Shown: piece after piece, positions 39,401-52,093 of the stretch | How positions within the stretch are numbered: position 1 is the first letter of the stretch | Layout: every line of letters begins with the position of its first letter | Source of the DNA: Azolla caroliniana | Taxonomy: Eukaryota; Plantae; Polypodiophyta | Assembly: GCA_043228905.1 (NCBI GenBank) | Contig: JBHGNT010000007.1 | Location: 2,976,001-3,040,000, forward strand | Direction: 5' to 3' | Length of the DNA: 64,000 nt | The notes under the pieces: model-generated | The model's database searches: none | Told to the model about the DNA's origin: nothing | The model's input: the letters and a program-made list of their open reading frames with translations, nothing else | Translations under genes and position numbers: made by a program

Positions 39401-40344
39401 AGACTGTGGATTTAATCTTGAAAAGGGCTCCTCCCAAAAGTGAGAAAAAAAGTGGAATCAAAGATTGTTATTCATATCTGTCTGCAAGGAAGAACTTTCC
39501 GATGGGACAGTGTCACCTTGCGTCATTGAGCCCAGAAGCAGAGGTAGAGAATGTGCATGGAAATGATTCATCAGTGGAGGGTAATACTAGATTATCTTTG
39601 GATGAAGATAGTAAAACTAACTCTCAGGATAGGTCATGGCATATGTTTCCTTTTCCCACTGATTTTAGCCATGATTTGGCAGATGATATAACAGAAAAAC
39701 CTGAACGTAGTTTCCTCAGTCACCCAGGTGTGGCTTCTTCTGTTATCTATTTATTTATTTTCTTTCTACAAATAATATGAATAGGATAACAATCAGATTC
39801 TCAACAGTCTCATGAATGTTATATGTAGTACATAGAAAAGCAACGGGAAGAGATGCTTTCGAGTATGAACTTGAAAAAGAGTACAGCATCAGACAGAGCT
39901 CAAAAGAATGCCCAGAAGAATTTGCAAATAAAAGAACACCTCCCAAACGGAGATTAGAATTCGATTTGCCCGCCACTGTGAAGAAGCATCAGAGAGGTGG
40001 ACATCCAACAAAAGGGAAGGAATATCTGAAACCTGGTCTTTTTGACAAATACAGATATCAAGGAGAAGAGACAAAGCAGTTTGGAAGAGGAGGTTTACAT
40101 TATGTTGATAATGAGAAGCACATTGGAAAGAAAGCTCCCATAAAATGTCCGAAAAAGATGTCTATTGGTAGTATAAGTCACGGATGGGGAAATAAGTATA
40201 GCAAGTCACCAATATATTATTCTCAACCAAGGCACCGGCAAAATGATGAAGATGATGATACCACTCAAACCAGGGAACTCTGCCCATCATGGACTCCACA
40301 TGATAAACGATCAAAGAAGGTTCATTGATTACATACACATGCAC

Positions 40345-40423
<79 letters not shown>

Positions 40424-40779
40424 TGCACATGCACATGCACATGCACATCCACATGCACATGCACATCCACATCCACATGCACATGCACATCCACTTGCAC
40501 ATGCACATACACATACACATGCACGTGCACATACACATACACATGCACATGCACATGCACATCTGCATACATATGCACATACATTTATGTATGTATGCAT
40601 GTATACCGTTATACTTTCAAAGCATGATTCCCCGAAGCAAATGGTAATTCTCAATAGATTGACAATTCAAGATACGTTTGGTTTCATTTGTGCAGGTTCT
40701 CGCTTTTGCAAAAAGAGGCAATGATGGCCAAAGCCAGCTTGTTTGGCAAAGTTCTAGTGAAAGAAGACATTGGAAGTGA
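33483..40779 (+). CDS. SHOC1: SHORTAGE IN CHIASMATA 1 homolog (XPF-like ZMM meiotic crossover protein), ~1698 aa
   Basis: Exons 33483-33902, 34154-34234 (less certain), 34379-36534, 36938-37160, 37473-37943, 38557-39727, 39829-40319, 40696-40779; total 5097 nt, in frame. Diagnostic MRLRFLWIDYY start, FTSLPVP..LYLDWHL, DHPKL, YEKILALEKDGVCVIERDL.LPIDLILSP (XPF-like), INPLTAHAILS (HhH), and C-terminal WTP.DKR.K..L.F...GQ..LVW. Confidence 0.92.
40330..40600. repeat. Compound hexanucleotide microsatellite (ACATAC)n/(ACATGC)n in the last SHOC1 intron
   Basis: ~45 hexamer units beginning ~10 nt after the 5' splice site at 40320. Confidence 0.95.
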
Positions 40780-41899
40780 TAGAAGTTAATCGATTGCGTA
40801 AGAGTAAAGATTAGAGAGTTATATTGTATTATATTTTAAATCTTGGAAAGATACGCAAAACCAACATTATGGGACTATATAGGTGTTGACATATGATCTA
40901 GGATGTATCCTCTGGATATGGCTATGTAATCCTTTCGGTTCACTTGATTCTACATATTTATGGGAATTGATGACATTTTGTTTATGTTTTTATCTGCCAA
41001 TTATCTTCGAATAAACAGATACGTGTATACTTGTATGCATATAATAAATGCATTACCACATACGCTTGGCATTGGAATATTGTTAATTAATGGCTTAGAG
41101 CATCTCTTCAATGTTTTGCATTTATGCAATTGATTGATCATATGGCTGGTAGGATGTTGTTGATAATGTTAGTTCATGATAGATATAGCGATCTATCATA
41201 GAATTATGAATAAATTATTTGCAACTCGAGAGTACACAATCAATATTATTGATTATGCTTCATTGTTATGATTTTTGTGGTAGCGTTTCTTTTTTTCCTT
41301 TTCAATATGCAATGTTTTGACCTTCACATTCATTACATTCTACCAAGATTCAAGTCGCTGGTATGATTTATTACATCTACCAGTAGACTATTTTTATGTA
41401 ATCATGCATTAGTTGTATCAACACGAATAAGAGTATGGTTTGGTTAGAAATACCATTTCTATATATGCAATAATATATATATATATATATATATATGACT
41501 TATTTGCAGCTTACATTTTTGTAACAAGTTTTATAACTAGTTGGGTCTAGTAGTGACAAAGTAGTGTCCTAAGGTGGTAAGACAAACTATACAAGTTTGG
41601 AGGCAAAGTAGTGTCGTAATGTGTGTAGAAAATCTTTGTAGTATGATAGTCTTAGCTTGGAGCCTGGGTTAATATATTAGGAGACATGTTTTTGTCATTT
41701 CCCATAATGTGATTGTCTTCTTGCTCTCTTAACATGTATTTTTGACCTCCTATTTTTCCAAAATGTTTGCATTAAATCTTGGTTCCTATGCTTACTTTTG
41801 CCATAATCATCAAATGTCAAGACTAGACCAGAGACCTAGAGAAACCTGAAAATGTATGTATGTATACATGAGTGCACTAAGGTTAAAGGATATAAGGGT

Positions 41900-42735
41900 C
41901 TAGAAAGGTTTGTAGTATCAAACTAAGTGGTAGACGTATGCAAGTTCTAAGGTATGCAACCAAAGTAATTTGGTGGGCCTCTATTGCTTGAACAAAAATG
42001 AAAGTGATCCATCCTTGTGTTTTCGTAACATTATTTCTCTTCTTGTATATATAGCATTTTTTTTGTTTTGTAAAATAAAAGCATTTAGTCTCGTCTTTCT
42101 GCTAGTCTCATTTGCTTGACCAATATGAATATGGTTGCACATCCAAGGAATAGGGTATAACAAAATAGGTTAGGTTCACTCCACAATGGTTCACAAGTGT
42201 AAAAAGGAAATTCGTTGAGGGGAACACTAAGATTCAATGGGGGTGCTTGATCCTTAGGTTGAATGGATACGATGAAATTTTTTAGGGGCAGGGGGAGACG
42301 ATGAATGTGGAGACACCTGCGCCACTTAGCCTCTCCCTTTTTGAAGCAGAAAACCAAAGAACAACTAAACGCCCTCGAATGCCATGTCTCAAAGTAACTC
42401 GTTGTGTAGAAGCAATTAAGAAGATAAGGGAATGTGAGTTACACCGCCTAGAAGCTATGGTTGGGGTACCTTTTACATTAGGACCAAAAGGCCACACCCA
42501 CATTGAAAACCCTTTGACCCCCTGCTCCTTTTTGAGAGACTTGGATGGAAATGAAACTAGGCCTAGCAAAAAGCCATTTCCTTTATAGAATATGTTATAC
42601 CGTAACACGTTTTGTACAATGCTAGAACTCTTATCTAAGTTTTATTTTATTTTTACTTTCAATGATTGGGTACACACCCCATTTTGTTGTAAACCAATTG
42701 TCGCATGGGCCAAATTTGGTTTTAGAAGGCATTAA
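41900..42735 (+). mobile_element. Possible degraded LINE 3' end
   Basis: Broken FA.PI.IWLH...S.MV.KCKKEI-like frame and a 3'UTR-like tail ending in (TA)n/(TATG)n. Weak. Confidence 0.3.
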
Positions 42736-43502
42736 TATATATATATGTATGTATGTATGTGTGTATGTATGTATGTATGTATGTATGTATGTATGTATAT
42801 ATCTTTCTTTCTAGGAGGCATAGGATACCAGATGGCAGAAGGTGGCTAGCCCGGCTCTGAATCCTCGTGGTGGACAAATTGGATGAGCATGGATGGGAGG
42901 GACAAAACACGAGTGAAATGTAGACTGGACTCGACAACCACTACAATCACATAACATGCATAAACCAACTCCCCCCCCCCCGCGCCCAACAAAAACACTA
43001 GAGAATAACTTTCTCTAGGAATTAAATTCTTATCTAGTGTTTGGGCCCTCCTCTCTGTTTTATCATCATCCAGCGAACAGTATAGGCTATTATTATTATT
43101 ATAGGCTCCAAACTCCACATTCAAACACAATGGTGAACAGAGGACATTCCTGACGCATCGACAAATCGAAACAAAGAGAGGGAGAGAGATTTTCTTACAG
43201 AGAGAATGACGGCTTTCCCTATCCGCATCATCAAGGTTAGCTATTTATGAGAACACACTCATTCTTGAGCCCAATCTTTCATATATCTATACATATGTAG
43301 ATGCAATTATCTGAATATGTGAGTCACTTGAACAGCACACAGGAACCCCATAATGTGTCCACTACAGGAAAAGCTGTCAATTCCATGTACACATGTAATT
43401 GTTGTATTTATCTGGATTCTTTTATTATTATTATTATTATTGTATGGGTGTCAATTGCACATATTTATTGATTTCAGATCTGCCCATTCATTGGTGGGAG
43501 CT

Positions 43503-46500
43503 ATGGTGACAAAGAATCTTTTCTCATGCGAATGTATCCGGATTCCATATAACATGAAAAACTTACGGTTGGCTCTCAGTTTCAGTAGCACAGTGGCTAA
43601 CAATTGGCAATTGCAATGTATGGCATCAAAGCGTCTATTTACCTTCACATTGTCAAGTAGGCTTCAAAAGAGAAGGTATTTTATTTGTTCTTTTTTTTGT
43701 ACGAGTATGTTTTTAGAGCCAATATAGGTCACATTAGCAGATAAGATGTGTGTATGTGTGAGAATCAGGCCTAAGTAAAAAGGGCAGTTTTACAATGTAA
43801 ATCCATGTAGGAAATGTGTTAAGTGTTAAAAAATAGGAAGTGCAGTAGTAGGACGTGCATATGAATCATGTTTAAGATACATGGGTAGCTGTGCAACCTC
43901 AACTCATTTGCGAATGGTGTTAACACATCACTAAGGATCATGTTTCTAAGATGAATATCTAGCAAGGTTTCATCTGCTCAATGGGTTTCAAGAATTAAAT
44001 TTGATGTGCAGAAATTTGAGAAAATAGAATGGTCAATAGCCAATAAAGAATAGTGAGGTAACCATGTTACATCCTGAACTTTGCATGCATCATGTCTAGA
44101 TGTTAGAAGTTACATCTGAGTTTGGGATTTGGCATACATTTGTTAGATATCAACTAGGGCTTCAAAGGTAACCACATTAAGGAAGAGAATAACGGTAACT
44201 AAATGTCAGTCATTTCTGATGATGGAATAACCTTAGCTACTACCACAATTGGAATTTGAGAAGTTATTTAAAAAATATCAGTACTTCCAATCTGGAATTT
44301 TGGAATTCAATAAAATCACCATATCTCTCCGATTAGCATTGCTGGAATTTAATAAAATCATACCACAGATTTTTAAGATGATCCTCTAGATTCACAATCA
44401 TGCTTTAGAAGGGGCGGATCACTTTACAAAGGCCAAGTTGGAGCTTGAGTGGATAGAGAGCTACATTGAAGAATCCAACTAGCATTAGACCAGTCCAATG
44501 ATTTGGGAATATGGGCAACTGAATGATGGTGGAATTTGTGGGCAGATGATGTGGGAATTGGGGCAACCAAATAATGTGTAAGCTCACTATTTATTAGATG
44601 TATGAGTCATGAGAATAAAGAGCGTAAAGGGTAGTGTTGGTGTAAGAAAGTACCAAATAATGCCTTGACCTTGGTTAATGGAGAGGAGTTGAGAACTTCA
44701 TGTAGTTGATCGGTGCACATGAACATAGAATTGCATTAGAATAATCTCGAGTTGTGACTGTTTTAATGTGCTATCAATATAATCTTAATCTTCCAGATTT
44801 CTTTTTTGTATTGATGATTGTGTATTTGTGATTTTCTACACAATAGTGAACATGGCAATATCAATTGTGTCAACAAAGTTTGGACAAGAGATGTTCAATG
44901 TGTTAGGCTGATGTGATAACCAGCCACACCACAAGACCATACGTTGAGACCTTTGATGTGCTGGGCTGATTTGACCTGAACGAAATACACTCATTTGCTT
45001 CAAACAAGAGACCTCTAATTTGTTTGCCAATGATTTGATATCAAACGTAAAAACTTCTATATTGGGTAATGTCGATCTTCATCTCAGTGACACATCGTGA
45101 AAACCTTTAAGAAATTTGGAAACAAGAACAAAAGGTTTTCATGTAATCCCGCAATTCCTTTTTTCATTAGATGATGCCCTTTGTCCATTGAATATATAGA
45201 AGTCTAGGGAAGAAGTGTCTTGGTTTTCTATAGTGTCAATTACCAATAAGAGATCGAATGCAATGTTTTTGAGTATGATCTACCAAGCTGTGTACCAAGG
45301 AGGATATGTATAAATGTAATCCTTCAGGGTTGCTGGTGCTTGATACACCATCTTCTTCCCAACATAGGATGTACAAACATATGATGTTGGGGGTGATGGT
45401 GTTACTGTTGATTGAGACATGAACAATGATAAGGATACAATTGGGTGATGAGGCACATGTTACTCTTCCAACAATTGCGATCATCTAGCAAGTCCAATTT
45501 CTCTAATGACATTGGCAAACACAACTTTTTTTACGTCAGTAAGTATGCATAGGATTGTCCAGATACAGCTTGCGAGCTATCAATCTAATGCTCAATACTT
45601 CGATTATGTCTACTTCAACCAATAGAGGCCTGCAGTACACATGTTAAATGAAAAAGCCCACAGCATTGTTCTTGTTTCATCTTTCGAGAAGAAATGAAAT
45701 TATGAATAGAATGCTTTGTGAAATATGGCAGCAGCAGGAGAAGGAGCAGGAGGAATAAGAGAGAAGATGGCTTGGACAAATCATACAAGGCCTCTAAATC
45801 AGGGATACATTCATCATCTGTGTTTGTACTCTGCTACTTCTAAAGTCTGCAGGCCTGCCTCCAAACTTACTACCACCCTCGCAATCCACACCCACATGTC
45901 CTTTGAAGATGAAGCTGGAGGAAGTGAACGAGATGGAGATGATGATGCAGATTTCGCCCATGCCCTCGAACGCACGTCACTGGCCTCGGTTCCTAATGAC
46001 GTGGACATGCCTGTGGATATTGCTTCCCTCTTGCAGTACTGTGCCCGATCTCGCTTGCTCGTGCATGGCCAGAGGCTCCACCACAGTGCACTATGTGGTC
46101 AGGGCCATCATGATCATGAGGGTGTGTTCATACAGAACCAGCTGGTCTATATGTATGGAAGCTGCGGTGCACAGCAGGAGGCATGGGCACTCTTCTCCAC
46201 GACAACCCATAGGAATGTTTTCTCTTGGAACATTATGCTAGGCTTGATTGCATCATCGCACCAGCATGAACATAAATACTACTGTGCCGCTCGTCTTTTC
46301 TCGCAAATGCTCATGGAAGGGGTTGCACCTGACAGGGTAACCTTTGTGAACATGCTTTCTAATCCTCTTCCAAATATGATAAGGGGTGGTGAGCTCCTTC
46401 ATGCCATGCTTGTGGGTGCTGAACTAGAGCTAGATGTGGTCATTGGCACAGCCCTTATCACAATGTATAGCAAGAGTGGCAATATGGAAAAGGCACGGTC

Positions 46501-49500
46501 TGTCTTTGACCACATGCCTGTCCGCAATGTGGTGACATGGAGTGCCATGATAAGTGCATGTGCGCGGCACAATGAAGCTGAGGATGCTCTACGTCATCTC
46601 TCATCCATGGAATTGCAAGGACATGTTCCAAGAAAGATAACACTTGTGAGTGCTCTTTCGGCATGTGCTAGTCTTGCCTCACAAGATGTGAGCTATGCCC
46701 TTCACACTCGAGCTGTGCTTAAAGGATTCGATATGGATGTGATAGTGGGAACTGCACTCATCCATACATATGGGAGATGTGGTAACTTGATGAGCTCTGA
46801 TGCAGTTTTTTGTAAAATGATAGAAAAGAATGCACTCTCATGGACGGCAATGATGGCCACTTATGGTATTCATGGAAGAAGTGACCGAATGCTGACTCTT
46901 TTTCAAGAGATGCATTCAGAAGGTTTTCTTCCTGACGACATTTGCTTCTTGTGTATCATGTCTGCATGTAGCCATCTTGGAATGTTGGATGAAGGTTGTG
47001 GAATATTTGGGTCCATGACTTGTGAGCATGGTATCCAACCAAAATTAGAGCATTTTAATAGTTTGGTTGATCTTCTTGGACGAATTGGAATGTTGGATGA
47101 AGGGGAGGTGGTGATCAGGGCTATGCCATGTGGAGCTAGTAGTGGTACATGGTTGAGCTTGCTTTCTGCATGTAAACTGCATTCTGATATGGAACGTGCC
47201 GAAAGGATTGCACATCGCGTCTTTCAACAAGATCCGCTAAATGCTGCTTCACTGTTGTTGCTCCCGAGAACTCGTTCGTCTTCTGTTATTGAGACCTCCT
47301 TGCTTGACATAGAGGACTAGACTAGTCTTTTAAGGACAGTAATTATTTACGTAGCTGAGTTTTCAAGAATGAGTTTCGTAGACGGCCTTCATTCGAAAAT
47401 CACTTTCAGATATCTTAAAGTGAAGGTATAGATAACTGAATCCAAGAATAGAGACACTAGAGGTTTCCTGTCACTCGGACATGAATGAAGGTTTATTACC
47501 GTTTAGTACAATTGGATTTCTCAAGTACCATGGGTGCACATGGAGCTGTCTTCTTGCCAACCCATTTTGTAAAATTCTCGTCTAGAGGTTTCCTGTCACC
47601 GGGTCATGAATGAAGGTTTATTACCTTTTAGTACAATTGGATTTCTCAAGGGCCATGGGCGCACATGGAGCTGTCTTCTTGCCAACTCATTTTGTAAAAT
47701 TCTTGTCTAGAGGTTTCCTGTCACTGGGACATGAATGAAGGCTTATTACCTTTTAGTACAATTGGATTTCTCAAGTACCATGGGTGCACATGGAGCTGTC
47801 TTCTTGCCAACCCAATTTGTGAAATTCTTGTCTAGCTCAAGAAACGAGGTCATAAGCAAGTGGCATTTTTTTGGCCCACACTGCATACTTTTCAACTCCT
47901 AAATAAGAAGCTCCAATCCACCGATCCAGGTATTCACTCATATTCTGAAAGATGTGTCATACTAATGGCGACATACCGATAGTGATGGGGTCCATGTCAT
48001 TTTGTTGGGCCATTTAGAGCAGAAAAGTATGAGGATCATATATTCCTTCGTATTGTATATGAAATCTTTGTTTGACTATGAGCCACATGCACAAAATTAA
48101 TGAAGCTATAGCCTATAGAATAGAATAGATGTTTTATCGTCCATGAGGAGGCCATTTGACCTATGGGACCAAATCAACTTATCATCTTGTATGTGACTGC
48201 AGAAAAAAATCTCTATGTGAAAATAATGCATGCACGTATGTGCTCACCCTTCTTGGTGGACATTTGAGTATGCACTCACATGATCATGCCCGATGCTTGT
48301 CTAACAAGTCATCATAATTTCTTGCGAATTACCTTATACCCAGAGCATGCAATAAGTAAGTGATATTCATTTCCACTAGGTTTTCGTTGCATATCTTGCA
48401 TATCTTCATATTTGGGTGATGATGCTATTATGCTACCTCAACACCTTACTTGCATAAGCAAATTCGATGAAATGTTAGGTTCTCTGAAAGCCAAGGCTTG
48501 TGGTCAAATCCCAGGGCCCAACCCTGGACATCTGGTGGAAACTACTAGGCTAGAGTATGGTAGTAGTAGAGGGAATTTTTGGTAGAGAGATGAAATGCAT
48601 AGAGGTTGAAAAGACACCAAAGGTGATGGCACTCTGCTGGGCCGACACTGATACTGAGATAGATAGATTTTATTATTGTCTTTGGAGGTCAATTATGACC
48701 TATGAGACCAGAAATATAACATTTTCATGTAATACATGTGAATGTGAGTAGCGACTCTCAATGTTCCAGAACTTTACTAATGATTTCCACAATCGAGAGT
48801 GCACCCTATGACTGTGAGAGAAATTCGTGTAAGGATTGATTGGGTCTGGTTGAAGATGTGTGGAAAATATAGCCGAATGTGGTCAAAGACAACATTGTAT
48901 CAAAGTGTGATGCTCAGACTTCCTACTAGTTTAGGACAAAGTGTGCATAGTCAACAACTATCAAGCCCCATCTCAAAATTGTAGTGAATGTGAGGTAAGT
49001 CACATGGAAGCAATGGCTTTGATGGCAGTAAGCGGATGGGCTCTATCATGTATTGATGTGTGTGGTTTCCTGGTTCGGCGAAGAATATGGTTGTCTTTCT
49101 TGTACTAAGAATAGTTCATTCAAATCTACGGATACACATACATGCCTGTCAATCAAATCTGAACTGAAACATGATTGGCATCAATGAGTGAAATCGCCCT
49201 GTGCTTTTTGATGAATCAAGAACAATGTGGTGGGCATTTTGATTTAACTTAAACATTATTTGGTTGCCCCAATTCCCACATCATTTACTTGCAAATTCAC
49301 CATCATTCAGTCGCCGATATTCCCAAATCATTGGACCAGTCTTATTCTACTTGGATTCTTCAATGTAGCTCTTTATTCCCTCAAGCTCCAAGGCCTTCTT
49401 AAATTGATCTGCTCCTTCTAAGGCTTGATCAGAAATCTAGAGGATAATGTTAAATATCATCTCTATTGTGTGAGGGATGTTATTTAATTAAAGCAATTCC

Positions 49501-50688
49501 AATATGGTGATCTCTGTTGATTCCAATGTCTTCTTTCCCTTATAATTTGGAGAAAATACATTGTGATGGTGAGTATGGACATTCTATAGAGAAATTGTGC
49601 AACTCAACCTCGTTTATAGTATTCTCTCTATGAAGTTTGGGGTTAGTTGCACTTAGCTATCATACGGTAGTTGATAAGTGGCACTGGTGTGATGCATTTA
49701 GAAGACATAGAACTCTTCTGATTCAACATTGTACTTCGAAAATTCGAATGGTTTGATGGCTATTCTATAAGGTATTTTGGCCGAGAAGTGCTGGGATAAT
49801 GAAGCAGCTGTAATGAAGGCTTGAATGGGTGACTCCTCAAGAGTATATCCAAGATTTTAAAAATCTGATCAACACAGCAGATGTGATGATATTTGTAATA
49901 CAAGAGAGATGAGCAGGTTGAAAACAAAATGTCATTAGACAGGGTAATATGCATGCACATTGTGCGAAACATATACATTGTATGCATGCATGTAGCATAG
50001 GTGCCAGCAACTTCCATTTGTTGCTGGTGGAAACAAAGAAACAAAATGTTTTAGAACTGGAGATTAGATTATGATAATTCTATACGAAGAATAACTATTC
50101 AAACTTCTGTGCTATTTTGGAAGTGTACTCGATTCATGGACAGATTATTGCTCAAAAATTGACTTGAGATTATATTATGAATGTGTGCTGACCAGGAAAG
50201 GCAAGCTATGTGCAAGATCTCAAATTGATCCTATGAGTTCTCAAGGTGGTCTTCCAAATAAAGATCCAGGTTCAGCCAAAACAAATTCCAGCTCTTCCGA
50301 AGTTGGCGGGACCCGGTTATCAAAAATTGTACTATCTTTCTGGAGAAATATAGTGGAGAAACTTGAGAGGGCACAGAGAAGGGCACCTTTGAAAGTGCTT
50401 TCCCTTCTCTTGGGCTACTATTCAGCAAATGCTCTTTCCACGCTTGTTGGGCAAACGGGGGATTGGGATATTTTGGTTGTTTGCCTTGCGGTTGCTTTAA
50501 TAGAGGGAATTGGATTTTTAACTTATCGTCTGCCTTTGGTATTGCACAAATTTCATGACTTCATACGCATGGTCAACTATTGGAAGTTGGGCCTGTCGCT
50601 AGGATTTATATTGGATAAGTTCAAGTTAGAAATGGAATTCCCATTTGAGGCGAATTGGAATGTATATATCCCTTCAATATTCTTTTGA
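43503..50688 (+). CDS. ycf20: Ycf20-like protein (DUF565), 221 aa, with predicted plastid transit peptide exon
   Basis: Exon 50196-50688 encodes LSLLLGYYSANALSTLVGQTGDWD...LIEGIG...NYWKLGLSLGFILDKFK (DUF565, high confidence). Exon 43503-43675 is Ser/Arg-rich and almost acid-free, ends AG|GT in phase 2 and joins CAG|G AAA in frame. The join across the 6.5-kb intron is inferred; without it the ORF would start at ATG 50233. Confidence 0.72.
44300..44583 (+). repeat. Left arm of long inverted repeat (continues at 45643-45681)
   Basis: Reverse complement of 49249-49526, e.g. GAGCTACATTGAAGAATCCAA and ATGATGTGGGAATTGGGGCAACCAAATAATGT. Confidence 0.9.
45725..47320 (+). CDS. PLS-class PPR protein with E domain, no DYW (531 aa, intronless)
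   Basis: Uninterrupted ORF with NQLVYMYGSCG, GTALITMYSKSG..ARSVFD, WSAMISAC, CIMSACSHLGMLDEG, EHFNSLVDLLGRIG, WLSLLSACKLH. Confidence 0.9.
   Translation: MAAAGEGAGGIREKMAWTNHTRPLNQGYIHHLCLYSATSKVCRPASKLTTTLAIHTHMSFEDEAGGSERDGDDDADFAHALERTSLASVPNDVDMPVDIASLLQYCARSRLLVHGQRLHHSALCGQGHHDHEGVFIQNQLVYMYGSCGAQQEAWALFSTTTHRNVFSWNIMLGLIASSHQHEHKYYCAARLFSQMLMEGVAPDRVTFVNMLSNPLPNMIRGGELLHAMLVGAELELDVVIGTALITMYSKSGNMEKARSVFDHMPVRNVVTWSAMISACARHNEAEDALRHLSSMELQGHVPRKITLVSALSACASLASQDVSYALHTRAVLKGFDMDVIVGTALIHTYGRCGNLMSSDAVFCKMIEKNALSWTAMMATYGIHGRSDRMLTLFQEMHSEGFLPDDICFLCIMSACSHLGMLDEGCGIFGSMTCEHGIQPKLEHFNSLVDLLGRIGMLDEGEVVIRAMPCGASSGTWLSLLSACKLHSDMERAERIAHRVFQQDPLNAASLLLLPRTRSSSVIETSLLDIED
47457..47835. 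repeat. 125-bp tandem repeat x3 downstream of the PPR gene
   Basis: CTAGAGGTTTCCTGTCAC..G.CATGAATGAAGG.TTATTACC.TTTAGTACAATTGGATTTCTCAAG at 47457, 47582 and 47707. Confidence 0.95.
49210..49526 (-). repeat. Right arm of long inverted repeat
   Basis: 49249-49445 pairs with 44380-44583; 49210-49248 pairs with 45643-45681 (34/39 identical); weaker match out to ~49526/44300. Confidence 0.9.
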
Positions 50689-51214
50689 TTACCAAAATTG
50701 GGTGAAATGTATATATCCCTCCCTTCTAAAGTTCTATATAAAAGTGAGAGCTTGCTTAATTTTGTCGCCATATCTAAATCAAGAAATCTTTCTCGTCAAA
50801 CATAACCTTGTCCAGCATGGTGTCAACTTCCTTGATTGCAAGTTTCACACACTGCGCATGTTTCTTTGAGGATATGCGCGAGTATTATGCCCAACTCTAG
50901 CAAATCAACATAGTTGTGATTCTGTACTAATATATTTTGAAAATATCAAAGTTATAAATTAAAGCTGGTTCATGTTCCCTGTTTGGTTAGTGTGCTTCAT
51001 TAATGCGAGTATCATATATGTTTGTAGATGATTACAACTTTGACAAGAGTAGTACTAATGATGCAACCCCCCTCATTCATAGATGATGCCAAGACATTGA
51101 ATCATTTATTAATGGGATTCACTTTTTGGTGAAACAATTTAGCTTCTAAATACGTTAATGTTAGTGGTTCTTAATATGTAGCTTTCCATTTTCCCATATG
51201 CTCGCCACATTTCA

Positions 51215-51252
<38 letters not shown>

Positions 51253-51761
51253 TATAGATCATCAATATTGCAATGTTGCTTTAAGTAGTGCATTATATTC
51301 TTATGATTCATGTTGGAGCTGATTATATGTATATATTCATCTATCTGCCTGTCTATGATTCTTGATGATGAGACTTTCATATCGTTCAAGCTGAAAATAT
51401 TGGGGCTAGCCTCATTTTGATGGTGCATACTGCGTTCAGATTCCCCATTGAGCTACATACAGAGTTGGTTGCAGAACTATCCAAATATTTTAGCTTTTCT
51501 TGACACAATTACCTTGCACAAGGAAGGAGGTATACTAAGAAAGAGCTCGATATGCATATTGATGTAAAAGGGTAGGATATAGCCCATACATACTGAAAAA
51601 CATAGTTCACATTTCACCTGAACCAATACTGCATACATACTAAGAACCGATTCAGGCAATGCTCACATCTCTACTACTTTGAGATGCGCCTTCAATTTGA
51701 TTCTGATCTATTTCTTGCATTGGTCGATTGAATCGATCAATGGATCAAAGGCATTCGATTG

Positions 51762-51798
<37 letters not shown>

Positions 51799-52093
51799 AG
51801 CTGAAGAATAGACAAAAGAGGTACTCATTTTATTCCATTCTTGGATTGAGAGAGTAGTACATTCTCCCCATTCATTCACTCAGTCATAGGAGGATTAGAA
51901 GAAGAAGAAGAAGAAGAAGATAATTTTTATAACAGTTCAATTTCACTCATATACATGCATATAAAGTAGTTGAGATTAGCTGTGACAGAGGCACCATTGT
52001 TATTTTTGGGAGAGACAAGAGACAAGAGTAACAGAGTCTCACAAAGAGAGACAGAGGAAGAGGAGGAAGAGGAGGACATGGATCCTTTTTCCA

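Noticed and set aside
40162-40654. HV/HI/CV/TY/CM dipeptide ORFs
   Set aside because: Translations of a stop-free intronic hexanucleotide microsatellite.
44836-45600. Coding-like stretch inside the left-arm insertion (and a similar one at 48440-49060)
   Set aside because: Multiple stops in all frames examined and no recognisable motif, so no call can be supported.
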